In this document: positions 11,125-23,310 of the stretch, piece by piece | Layout of the letters: each line of letters opens with the position of its first letter | Position numbering within the stretch: position 1 is the first letter of the stretch | Notes under the pieces: model-generated | Databases searched by the model: none | What the model saw: only the letters and a program-made list of their open reading frames with translations | Told to the model about the DNA's origin: nothing | Program-made: the position numbers and the translations under genes | DNA from: Eledone cirrhosa | Taxonomy: Eukaryota | Direction of reading: 5' to 3' | Length of the DNA: 64,000 nt | NCBI GenBank assembly: GCA_964016885.1 | Contig: OZ024759.1 | Coordinates: forward strand, 21,514,001-21,578,000

Positions 11125-11935
11125 AAATGTAGCAGTAGCTTAAACAAAACTATCGTCTACATAATATTGTTGGTGGGAAAATAAGAAACTAAAAATGTAA
11201 ATAAAGTTTCTAACGAAAGAAACTAAGAATATAAATGATTGTAGGTTAATAGTTAAAGCGATATCGATCTAGTTAACACGGATCAACACTTAACCTCTGA
11301 TTACAAAATACGAGGATATCATGAAGGGAAATAGAAATATATTATTTACAAGCTTAAATAATAATTAACAAAATACACTATTTCGTATGAGCAAGAACTA
11401 TTTATGAGGGGGGTGTTGTATTACATTAGAATGTAAGATGTGGCTAAACAAAACTAATGTTTAAATAATTATTTCTGACATTATGGAGGGGAAATAAACA
11501 GAAAATGTTTCAATAAAACTGATCAACATAAAATAAAGCTTTAGTTTACCTCCGTAAATTAGTAAAATCCAAGTTTTTAACGTTTTTTTAATTCACGTTG
11601 TAAAACATGAAGTTCTTCATGCGGCCATTTAATTTTCACTAAAGTACGCATGCGCTGAGATAATTGGACATCAATGCGCAAAGTATTTATGTAAAGTTGT
11701 CGGACTTTACAATCGTGAGTTCGATTCTCACAAAGGTTTCTCTCTACATAGAAGAGGACACGTGTGAAAGATATAGAGAAGATAATAAAATGTAGCTGTG
11801 TATAGAGGTTTATTAGAAGAAAAAAGGAAAGGTATAGAGAAGAAGGTTTATATATTTTTCTTAGTTGAGAGTATATAGTTTTATATGTATGTCTCTAAGG
11901 AAAGATCTACAGAATGAGGTTTATAGAGAGAAATA
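11125..11935. repeat. Third copy of palindrome arm sequence
   Basis: Near-identical to ~4973-5783 in the same orientation. Confidence 0.9.
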
Positions 11936-14650
11936 CATATATTTATCTCCATAATAATTGTTCTGCATATATGTACAAAATACTAAAATTTTACCTATAA
12001 GTATACTAATTTTACTTAGTAGAATTGCAGCTTTGCGCGTAGCGGTTCTAACTTTGTCGTCTACCTATGTATGGCGTGACCATTCTATGTGTCTGAAGTT
12101 CGAATCGTTACGAGGTCTTCGTAGTTTATGCAGCTGGGACTATTTCGCAGGCTGGCTACTTGTCTGACCTGCATCCCGGACCTCGCGAACAATCGATTTT
12201 TGCTCAAAATTTTATTAGAATTATCTCCCCTTTTTTAAACTCTTCTTTTTTTGAAGTGACTTTTTTTCAAGTAACTTCCGGTTCTTTGGAAGAGAACCAT
12301 TTTGGATATTACTTTCATGTAGAGAGGTATGTAATGTTTGCTTTGCTCTATACTAGGACTAATATATACACTTCATGTCAATAACGCTCACATTTTGGAT
12401 ATTGTTTTCTATATACATACATTCTATTAGATATACACCTTTCACAAAACACCAATTTCATGTAGATTTCCTTTTTCGACTTTTCAGAAAACATACGTTT
12501 CATATAGATTTTGTTTCTACTCTTCAGAAAACATACATTTCATTAGATACACACTTTGGTTATTGTGTTCATATTTTATTTTCTGTGGCTTTCTTTGAAA
12601 TTTAAAACTAAATACACACACAAATAGTGTTACCTCTTCTAAGAAACTAAATTAAGCCATCTCGACACTGTATACATGCTTTCGAAGAAATATTCACCCA
12701 ATGAATCTTGATTTCTCGCACACGTGTCCCCTTAAACCTTGGATTAGAACCTTAGATACTTTCTTTACATTCTTGGAAGACAGTTGGATGAGATACTTCT
12801 TGCTACGTTCTTTGATACTCTTAGTTTCTTTCGTTAGAAACTTCATTTACAATTTTCGTTTCTTTTTTCAACACTCTTAGTTTCCATCCAACAATATTAT
12901 TTCTAGTTCCCTTCATGATATCCTCGTGTATTGTTGTAAATTCTGGTTATTATTAATAACCTTTTGAGATCTGTCGTCTTAGGTCATGGTGAATATTACA
13001 CCCTAGGTTTTAATCTACGTAACTTTAATGTAGGAAAAGGTTTCCTCTTTTTAAATGTATATATAATAAAAGAACAAAATTGGAAGAATTTTATAAAGTT
13101 TAATGTTCCTTTTATAGATGTCCAGCCTTCGAGGTCATATGCTGTGTTGCCGTAAAAAATGTCGAACATCTTATACGAATCGTGTTCAGTTTATTTGACA
13201 AAAATGAATAAAGTTTACATATTATATACGAATTGTGTTCCGTTTATTTTGACAAAAAAAAAAAAATGTATAGACAGTATTACCAATGTAACAGTCGTCC
13301 AAAAGTGTCATTAAGGGTTCGAATCCAAGAATGGAGTAACCATCAAGGTTCCAAGTCTCAAGTATGTAAAGAAAGCATCGAATCAAACTGTCTTCCAAGA
13401 ATGAACCTTGAAGTATCGAAGGTTCGAATCTAAGTAAGTCAAAAATGTGGTAAGAAGTATCAAGGGTAAGAATGTAATAAGAACCTTGAACCATGTAAAG
13501 AAAGTATCAAAGGTTCGAATCTCAGTCAAGAATGTAGTAAGAAGTATCAAGGGTTAGAATCTGTCTTCCAAGAATGTTAATAACCTTCAAGGGTTTTAAG
13601 AATCTAGAAACTTCAAAAATATCATATTAAGAGAAATTTCTTCTAGTATAATTTCCAAATTAGCATATTAAAAGAAATTGCGAAAAAAAGTTCTTCGCGG
13701 TGGTCAGGGACGGGCCTTGCATCGATGCGAAGGCCGCAATTCTAGTGAGTTAAATAGTGGTACTTTTGAAAGATTTTGTTGAAAAATAAATTAATATATG
13801 CAAACGGAACAAAGGGAAGTAATTTTGGATTTAAATATTTTTTTCATAAGACAATTATTAACGCATTGGTGGTGCTATGAAGATGGGGTTTTCGATGTCT
13901 GCCAACGGAGTGTTTAATTGTGGTGGTTTATCGAAGTTCGATGCTGACCCTGTGATGACTGCAAGACGACGGGACGCAAATTAGACATGTCTCTAAATCT
14001 TTGTTTACAGTCACGCGATATCCATAGAAGATTATTTAACCGCTCTTTTGGCGTACATGCGTTGGCCACAAAGTCTTACAGGACATTGAGCCTTCGAGAG
14101 GGAAAGAGACTGAGGTGTGAAATACTGCCCGTACAGTCACCAAAGGAGGTATAGACTGATATTGACAACCATAAGTGCACCCCCGTAACAACACACACAT
14201 ATCACCAGCAATGCATTAACAATTTACAAATTAAAAATATATTAACACCTGAATTACTTCCATTTATGCCGTTTACATATATCATTTTAGCAACGAATAT
14301 TTAAAAAGATCGATACAAATGTGACTAATACGTACCTTGATGGATTCCAGGTTTAAGGACACATGACCCCCAGTTCTTGGGATGTTAAAATACAAGTCAA
14401 CCTTTTATAAGCTGCCTTAGATCTAGACGGTAAGGAGGCAGTGTATATCCTTTCATATAATTGTGCGCCGTATGGAGGTATAGCTACCATAATAGACTAT
14501 AAAGGGACGTTAGATGTAACTGTAGGCCGCGTGGAAGGACAGAATACTGTATATCAGTGACGTCAAAAGACAGACCCATCCTTAGATGTAACTGTGGATG
14601 GTAAGGAGGGACAGCTACCACAATATACTGGAAGACAAACACAACCTTAC
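11935..14650. repeat. Segmental repeat unit A, second copy (with internal deletions)
   Basis: Collinear with ~7140-11120. Confidence 0.85.
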
Positions 14651-14869
14651 ATATAACAGCTGCCGTGTTATAGGAATACGGTAAGAGACTTCCCCTGGAT
14701 AGGACGCCAGTCGATAGCAAGATTAAAGTCTGTCTCAAATTCGGAGGTTCATTAGACCGGTGTTTATCCGAGTCGGTCGGCTGAAAATACAAGAACCTCA
14801 CCTGGACAGAACGCCAGTCTATCACAGAGTTACACCCCGTGATACTACGTGGGGAAAGTTAATCGATAT

Positions 14870-15505
14870 CCAGAATACAAGACTGACTCAATTACAGATA
14901 CAGGCTTCCAGAATAGATGCTGTCTACTAAATTTCCCTCATGGGTCAACTGAAGTTTATGATGACCCTTGTCCAAGATGTCACTCTCTCACCTCATGATT
15001 GAGAATTCACGTGGGGAAAGTTAATCGATATCGAACTATTAACACTGATCAATACTTCAACCATGATTACCAGAAAAACAGACGTACACTGTTCTCGGAC
15101 GATTAAAGATGAAAACAAAACTTAGGTGTATAGAACTAAATTTACGACATTACAAGACGGAAGATAAGATTCCCCCGTCGACAAAGTCAAATGGGAGAAA
15201 AAGGGTTTAAAACATAGATGGTGAACAGCTGGACTTATTGTGTATAACTCGGAAAGATCACAAGAGGTGGGCAACATTCGAAACGACCACGTTCGATTAG
15301 TAATTGGGAATGAGTTAGAATACGTAAACAAGAGAACAACTACGAAGGTGTAAATAGTATATCATACGAAAGAGACTAAGAGGGAAAGATTTACAAAAAT
15401 ACCTCAACATAGTATAGAAATCTACGTTACCTTTCAGAAAGCTGCTATTGTCCATAGTTAAACCATTTAGCAAGAGTTTTTGTAAAGCTTGTAAAATTCT
15501 ACAAG
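14870..15505. repeat. ~630-bp direct duplication (second copy ~16472-17105)
   Basis: Identical ORFs at 15122..15331 and 16724..16933, offset 1602 bp. Confidence 0.92.
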
Positions 15506-15719
15506 GGGGGGGGGGGGGGGCATCTACCACAGTATACTGTATAACAGGGACGTTAAAAGACAGACCCAAACTTATATTACATTTTTTTTATTACGTTTAA
15601 CTGTGGTTCTTATGGAGGGAGAGCTACCACAATATGCTGTAAATAAGGGACGTTTAAAGGACAAACACATCCTTAGATGTAACAGTATATCATGTTAAAA
15701 GGCAGACCCAGCTCTCTAG

Positions 15720-16200
15720 ACTGTAAGTAAACACCCCATATCACCATTGGCGAGACTAAACTGAACAGTCCATCATATCAGCTTCCTGGGTGCATCTTCA
15801 CATCAGATGCCAACATTGAGAGGGAAATCCGCAACAGAATGGCAAAGGTGACCAGTGAATTTGATAGATGTACTAACGTGTGGAAGATTAAACATAAAGC
15901 TGGACAGGGCATATCTCTAGGATAAAGGATCATCGCCTGCCCAGGATCACTCTCAAATCTCTATAGGCGTTCGTGACAAGAAGGCCAAATATTAAGAAGT
16001 TGTGCAGGAGAAAGGTTCGTAGGTATGGTTATTTCCAGTCGAGGTGGGCTGCAGGGAATCATCGGCTTAATCAGTATGGAGGATGCTCACAATCAATGGA
16101 ATGACAGGACGAGAGAAGAAGGCTGCAGTTCGCAGGATGAGGGGGGCAACAGAAAAGGCTTTGGAGAAGGAGAGAGGGGATTGAGGGTAAACATTCCCAA
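15720..16200 (+). mobile_element. Degraded RTE/BovB-like LINE fragment
   Basis: Peptide LGCIFTSDANIEREIRNRMAK resembles the region after the RT YLG motif in RTE elements. Confidence 0.55.
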
Positions 16201-17659
16201 TTAACGAAGGACATGGACATCATCATCAACGTTTAACGTCTATCTTCCACGCTAGCATGGATTAGACGAGTCTGTCCCATTTAGAGGCAAGTTCGGTGGG
16301 GTGACCGGTCATATATATCTAAGCAGGATCGAAGTCAATTGCAGCATATATATAAACTTTATTGGCATATTGCAATCGTATCAATATCGATCATCTCAGG
16401 GTAACGTAACATATGTGTGTGGGAGTGGCGATTGAATAACTGCAATCGTTAAAACACCCGAGTAAACCTCTCCAGAATACAAGACTGACTCAATTACAGA
16501 TACAGGCTTCCAGAATAGATGCTGTCTACTAAATTTCCCTCATGGGTCAACTGAAGTTTATGATGACCCTTGTCCAAGATGTCACTCTCTCACCTAATGA
16601 TTGAGAATTCACGTGGGGAAAGTTAATCGATATCGAACTATTAACACTGATCAATACTTCAACCATGATTACCAGAAAAACAGACGTACACTGTTCTCGG
16701 ACTATTAAAGATGAAAACAAAACTTAGGTGTATAGAACTAAATTTACGACATTACAAGACGGAAGATAAGATTCCCCCGTCGACAAAGTCAAATGGGAGA
16801 AAAAGGGTTTAAAACATAGATGGTGAACAGCTGGACTTATTGTGTATAACTCAGAAAGATCACAAGAGGTGGGCAACATTCGAAACGACCACGTTCGATT
16901 GGTAATTGGGAATGAGTTAGAATACGTAAACAAGAGAACAACTACGAAGGTGTAAATAGTATATCATACGAAAGAGACTAAGAGGGAAAGATTTGCAAAA
17001 ATACCTCAACATAGTATAGAAATCTACCTTACCTTTCAGAAAACTGCTATTGTCCATTGTTAAACTATTTAGCAAGAGTTTTTATAAAGCTTGTAAAATT
17101 CTACAAAATGACGGCCATGTTTTTTTTCTTGATTTGGATGTAGTAGAATGCGCAAGCGCAAGATTTAGAAACTCAGTGCGCATGTTCCAAGTATCCTGGC
17201 CATGCTACAGCACCATCTAAACAGCCTGGCCATGTTACAGCATTATCTAAACAGCCCGGCCATGCTACAGCACTAGAAGTTAATCTATAATTACGAATAT
17301 ATGTAATTCTTGGAAGGCAGTTAGATTCGAACCTTCGATACTTTCTTTACATACTTGAAGGTTCTTATTACATTCTTGATACTTAGAACCCTTGATGGTT
17401 ACTACATTCTTGGATGAGTGTTGGATTTGAACTCTCAATGATTTTTGTTCAAAAATTAAAAAAAACACTTTTTCCACATTATTTAGAAACTTCCTATACA
17501 TTCTTAGTTTCTTTCTTAATCTACATTCCTGAGTTTCTTTCTTTAGAAACTTCATATACATTCTCAGTTTCTTTCTTGAAGAATGACATGATGCTGAATG
17601 AAAACTAAAGCAATATATACAAACACACGCCGACCACAACTAAATATGGAATGATACGG

Positions 17660-18660
17660 TGGTCAGAATAGAGACTGCGTTTCCCCGGAGGATAGCAAGG
17701 GAGACGCGTTGGAAAAGCCACTCCAACTCGCGGCTGGCCAGCTCAGCGCCTATGGTGGTGAGTAGGGAGGTATCCCTAGAGCCAAGGACACCAGAAGTCT
17801 CCACTGCCAGGGGTACAACCGCAAACCTGTCGGAAAGCGACCGGTATTTGAGGAGTTTAGCCTCCTCAGCCCAAAGTGCAGCAGAACCCGGGTAAATCGC
17901 AAACTGCGGCTGCAGAAAGTGTCGGTGTAAGTGGCATCCCAGACGAGGGGTTTGCCACCGCAGAACGGGAAGATGGTCATGCCATCTAGCCTTTTGCCGT
18001 CCCCTCGGTCCAGCTGGGAATGGAAGCCTGCAGCGTCCAAGCCATGCTTTATGACCTCGTTGAGGGCAGCATGGCGTGGAAGGCGGCCGGCACTGTGGCG
18101 ACAGGAAAGCGGGTGGAGGCCGAAAGGATCAACATTGGTGTGGCTGGCAGATCCGGAGGCTGAGCCTCAAGGAAACGCCAACGCGCGTTTATTACTGTCT
18201 AGCTGTGTGCCAGTGGAGGAGGGCAGGGCATGGAGCCAGGCACCACTGTGGGGTTTGGAGCCCGCACGAAAACAGGCATCCCAAGTGCTTTTGGGGGACT
18301 TGACGTCAACAGGGAGAGGAGGAGGGACATCTACTGGGCTGAGCCCCACGTCTCTCGTTCTCTGAACATAGAGGGTTCTATTGTGTTTAGAAGAACCCTG
18401 CTGACGAGAATGCGGCTACCGACGAAAGATACGCCGGCAAAGCCAGTGCGATCGGGGACCGGAGGCCAAGGCCGCCATACCTGACAGATAAAGTGGCCCG
18501 TTGCCATCCAATGTCGTCAAACTTAACGTTGCATATCACCCCGGCTGCTTCTCGGATACAAGTATCGAGGTCAGCGAGGAGAGATGGGTGAGTGTAGTAC
18601 GGAGCGCTGCGAAGGGTATAGAGGAGCTTCGGCATGGCGAAGCAGTTCCTCAACAGTACG
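17660..18660 (-). mobile_element. CRE-like (restriction-like endonuclease) non-LTR retrotransposon fragment
   Basis: Frameshifted peptides PKLLYTLRSAP, GGLGLRS, SGAWLHALPS and DGKRLDGMTIFPFCGGKPLVWDAT (R-x-DG...WD-x-T RLE motif). Confidence 0.7.
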
Positions 18661-18819
18661 TCTTGCTCAGTTTCTTGATTTTTTTAAATTCATTTTTGTC
18701 AAAATAAACTGAACACAATTCGTATATAAAATGTAAACTTTATTCATTTTTGTCAAAATAAACTGAACACGATTCATATATGTTAACTTTCTTTATTAAC
18801 AGAAACTTCGCCATTCCAA

Positions 18820-19740
18820 CGTTGATGTGTAAGCCAGACTCCAGCGAATGTTTGGTCAGTACATTAAGAAAGTCTTGCAGATCAGTTCTAGAGTAACTCA
18901 TGATGGCCAGATCGTCTGCATAGCTAAGATTTGTTATGATTTTACCTCCTATTTGTTAGCCAGAGGACCATTCTTCTTCAGTTTGGTAGATAAGTACAAC
19001 TATAACTATACAGGAAAGAAGTGTTAATAGTACCCCCCTCTCCCCCGTTTAACTCGCTTTAAGATGTCTATACAGCGTGTAGTTCCCAAGTCTGTTTTGA
19101 TATATGCTGTTGAGTTGGTGTAAGTTTCTTTGAACGCTGGGCTAAATTCTATGAAGAACTGTACTTCAGCAACTCAGAACAAACTACCATTCATGATTCG
19201 ACATCAGATATCATTCCATTATCTTAGCTAGTAAGATATCTCATGCCATCAAACATTTGAAGCGAGGAAAAAGCCCTGGGCTGGACAACTTATATTCTCA
19301 ATTCATTAAAGCTGGAGGTGAACCAATTATCAAAGCACTTCAACATCTCTTTAACTGTATTACCACTACAGTACAGGGAAAAGCCGAGTCATGTTCAAGA
19401 AAGCATTGATAGTTGTACTCTACAAAAAAGGTAGCAGACTTGATTGTGGGAACTATCAGCTTACCGAGTCACGTTTACAAGCTTTTCATGAGTATCATTG
19501 CAGCACGAGTGAAGTCAGACCTTTACGCCTCATTTCCTGAAACACACACTAGAAGAGGCTCCACTGAGCAGATCCTAGCTATTGAGAAATCAAAAGAATT
19601 CAACAACCCTATGCACATTATTCATTGATTTCACAAAAGCTTTTGACAACGTGAAACTACCCAGCTTGTGGCAACTTTTAAACAAGATCTCAATTAACAA
19701 AAAATACACCAACCTATTGTAAGAAGCTTACACCAACTCA
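18820..19740. mobile_element. Rearranged LINE RT fragments
   Basis: Minus strand gives NLSYADDL near 18910-18940. Plus strand gives KSPGLD, ISLPSHVYKLF and FIDFTKAFD at 19250-19650. Confidence 0.7.
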
Positions 19741-20279
19741 ACAGCATAGCTTAAAATGTATGTCTCTAAGAAGAGAAGATCGTATTTTTGTGTCTCTAGG
19801 ATATCTGCCAGTGTTGACAGAATGTATTCAATAAAGAATGAAAGAGAAATGTGAGTTATATTTCTTAGATGTATAGAGTCGAGATAATTTAGAATGATTT
19901 GTATGTGTAGTTTTTTTTAGTTTAAAAGAAAGTATGTGTCGAATGGGTGAAGTGTGCCAGAAAGCCACAGTAAATAAAACATAAAATACCTCTTCACATG
20001 AACATAATATTGAGAGTTATTGACATAGAGTGTGTATTTAATAAAATGTATAGTTTCTTAGATAGTATACAGCAAAGAAAACATTACATACCTTTTTAAA
20101 TAAAAACGATATCCAAAATGATTTTTTCGTAAAACCGGAAGTAAACAAAAAAGTTTTACGAAGGGGAAATAACTCTAAATAAAGGGAGATAACTCTAATC
20201 AAATTTAGATAAAAATACGATTGCTCGCAAGGTCCAGCATACAAATGTTTCGCCCTCGCAACAATTCCATCTTTCAACA

Positions 20280-20520
20280 CATGTATCCATGCTCAGTAAA
20301 CTAGGGCGTTCATAGTATGGTAGATGCCTGATGGAGGGTATTCCCTTGGTTGCACGTCTCTGAACAGTTTCCAGGAGGTCAATGTTCGGAGCAAGATAGG
20401 GTGTCCAGACTGCTGATGCAAATTGTATGTTGCTGAAGAGCAGCTGACAATGGTTTTGCCAAATCACCCTCGGCCTTCTTGAAAATGCAAATCGCTGTTG
20501 ACAGTAATGCCCAGCTCAGG
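20280..20520 (-). mobile_element. CR1/L2-like LINE 3' fragment
   Basis: Peptide FASAVWTPYL...LLETVQRRATK is typical of the CR1-clade ORF2 C-terminus. Related 3' ends occur at ~22420-22650, ~25070-25560 and ~59710-60000. Confidence 0.7.
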
Positions 20521-20611
20521 TCACGTTCACAAGAAGACTTCTTGATATTAGTGTTGTGGACGCTGGGTTTTTCCTTCCATATGTATACATATAAATAAAT
20601 ATATATATATT

Positions 20612-20942
20612 TCATTTCATTTTACGTCCGCTTTTCCCTGCTTGCAAGGGTGGGACGGGAACTGATTCTGGCTTGATTTCTACAGCTGGATGCCCTTCCT
20701 AACACCAACCTCATTTACAGTGAGTGCTGGGTGCTTTTTTGCCGTGGCACCTCCACGACCACTTTGCAGTGGAATGATAGGGACCCCAGTCCCTATCATC
20801 TCATTTCTACAGCTGAGTAAACTGGAGCAATGTGAAATAAAGTGTCTTGCTCAAGGAAACAACACATCACCCGGTCTGAGAATTGAACTCACAACCTTTC
20901 GATTGCAAGGCCAATGCTCTAACCACTAAGCCATGTGCCTCC
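20612..20942 (-). mobile_element. tRNA-derived CORE-type SINE with RTE-like tail
   Basis: Reverse-complement copy of 31918-32261. Confidence 0.8.
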
Positions 20943-21029
20943 ATATATACATACATATTTGTATCTACATCCATATATATATATATATATGGATTTATAT
21001 ACATATATGTAAGTGTATATACATCCAAG

Positions 21030-22400
21030 GACGTTGGGGATCCGATGAGCTAGATTCTGCAGGAGTTAGACCCTAGTTTCTGGGCAAAAGTATAATGCAC
21101 TAGATTGGCAGCAGAGGCACAACTCTGTTCTACTCCGGACACCAAGAGAAGCACGTTCGTGGTGTTGGACTTGTGTTTAGCGCCCAAAAAACTTGAGCAT
21201 TGATCAGATGGGAGCCAGTCAGCGAATGTTTCATAACCTCTTCTTTTTCAGAGTAGGTATGCGAAAATCAGTTGTTCAGGCCTACGCACCTATTGATGAA
21301 TGGCTGCAGGGCACATTCAACAACTTGCCCAGCCAGGATATCAAACTACTGATCGGGGATTTCAATGCTCAGATTGACTGCAACATATGCCCATACCAAC
21401 ACAGCCTTCTTTGTTGCACACAACTTCGAATTCTTCTTAAACTCAGCTTCTCCCTCATTTCATTCAAGTTCTGCCTTACTCTCACATTTACATTGCACAT
21501 CCAATGAAGAATGGTCACTTCATTTCTCTCCATTCTACACATCTCTGCAGTCACTGTCCATGTTTCACTACCATGCAGCATTGCACTTCACACACAGCCA
21601 TCCTTTTGTACGTAGAGAGAAACCTTTTGTTGTTAACAGTGGGAGTAGCTTTCTAAACTGCTTATCCTTATTCTAGGTATTATGCCCTCAGAAAACACTT
21701 CTCTGCTGCCAATTAAGTCACCCACATAGTAGAAAGTATCAACTACTTCTATGGATCTTTCCTATGACTGAAAAACGTTTATATTGCTGTTGCTCTTCCC
21801 ATCAATTAACTCTGTGCATCTTTTACATACTTGTTCTTTCTCTGGATTCATTAGTCTCACATAGTAACATTTCCAGGCCTCCTTCTTTTTAGCATCAGTG
21901 GTGCTAAGTGCACGAATGTCATTTCTAACATACATTTCCCCAACAGCATCCCGATTCACACTGACAAACTGCCTTGTGATGGCTGAGCACTTCATGTTTC
22001 TGATCCTCACATCACAAGACATTGGCAAATTTTCTTTTTTCAGCCTCTCTCTGAGCTGTGTATACTTGTCATCTAGCTTCTCTCTTAGCTACATGGTACC
22101 AGTCTCTGCTACTCTCATTTTTCCAGTCTTTCCATGCCTGTTTCTTGTCTTTAATGACTCTATCCACTGTGCTGTTCCACCACCAGATCACCCCCCGTCT
22201 GGCTGGTGCTTTACTCAAGCTAAATGTCCCATCAGTAGTTCGCAAAAGGTTGTCACACAAGAATTTCCAGATACATTATATGTATCTAACTCATCACCCC
22301 TCTCATCAAATACATCTTCTTAGACCTTTCTAAACCTATATTTAACTGGAAGGTCCTTTAGCTTCTAAATCCTCTAATCTCCATATTTTCCTGCATATCT
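21030..22400. mobile_element. Degraded RTE LINE fragments
   Basis: VVQAYAP and LIGDFNA (endonuclease, + strand). MLHGSETW, RLCWYGH and VIWWWNS (- strand) match the RTE elements at 48-54 kb. Confidence 0.75.
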
Positions 22401-23310
22401 TGCATTTAATCTGATAACAGTACAGCTCCCATGACTTTCAGAAACCTTTTTTCATGCTCAGATTTGCTGAAGCATGGAACAAACTAAATGCATTAGTTGT
22501 TAGATGTCGGGACACTGCATCCTTGAAATTCGTCAACACTACACCTGATATTGCCCCCTCCATGCATGCGCATGTGTGTATGTATCATGACTCATACACT
22601 GTTCACTTTCCTGACCTTTGCACAGTACACAATTTTCATTATTATCATTAACTGACTTGTGTTGTGTGGCCCATTATTACTGTATCAATATGAATCACTT
22701 AACAATAATATTTCACTGGAGATAGATTGGCAAAATTTCATAAGCGGGGAGTGGTGAGGAAAAAATCTGAAAAATTAAAAAGTAGGAGGAGGGGACAATT
22801 ATTCAAGACCTGAGAGGAATTGATAGCAGTTATATATCTCTGTAGTATTAGACTCCACAAATATACATCCATTCTGTGGTTGGTTTACTCTCAGAATAAA
22901 TGGTTCTGGAACTTTATTTAAAAGATAAAAACAGTACAGGTTAAAAGGCTCTAGAGATAGACAGGGTAGCCAAATAAAAAATGAAAAATATCTAAAAAAT
23001 TAAAACAATGAAGTGAAAAAATAAAGAATAAATAAATAAACAGATAGAGTAACAGATGAAAGAAATGTTTTACACATACATACACACAGATAGTGACACA
23101 TACATACACAGACACAACACACATACAGACATATAATAGTAGCCCAACATGTATGTCAGATCAGTAGAGAAAGGGGTTACTATGAAAACATAAAATGATT
23201 AGCTCCTCACAGCAACTTACTTCAACACATACACCTGCAATTACCAGTAATTGGCCACATAAGGACAGTTACAATGGTTTTTCTGGTTCTTTCTTCCAGG
23301 GACCATCCAT

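Noticed and set aside
13713-13746. Helitron-like 3' end (GGCCTTGCATCGATGCGAAGGCC hairpin followed by CTAG|T)
   Set aside because: The paralog at ~10100 has CTAC, and homology continues past the site, so it is not a demonstrated terminus. The hairpin can be explained by internal deletion.
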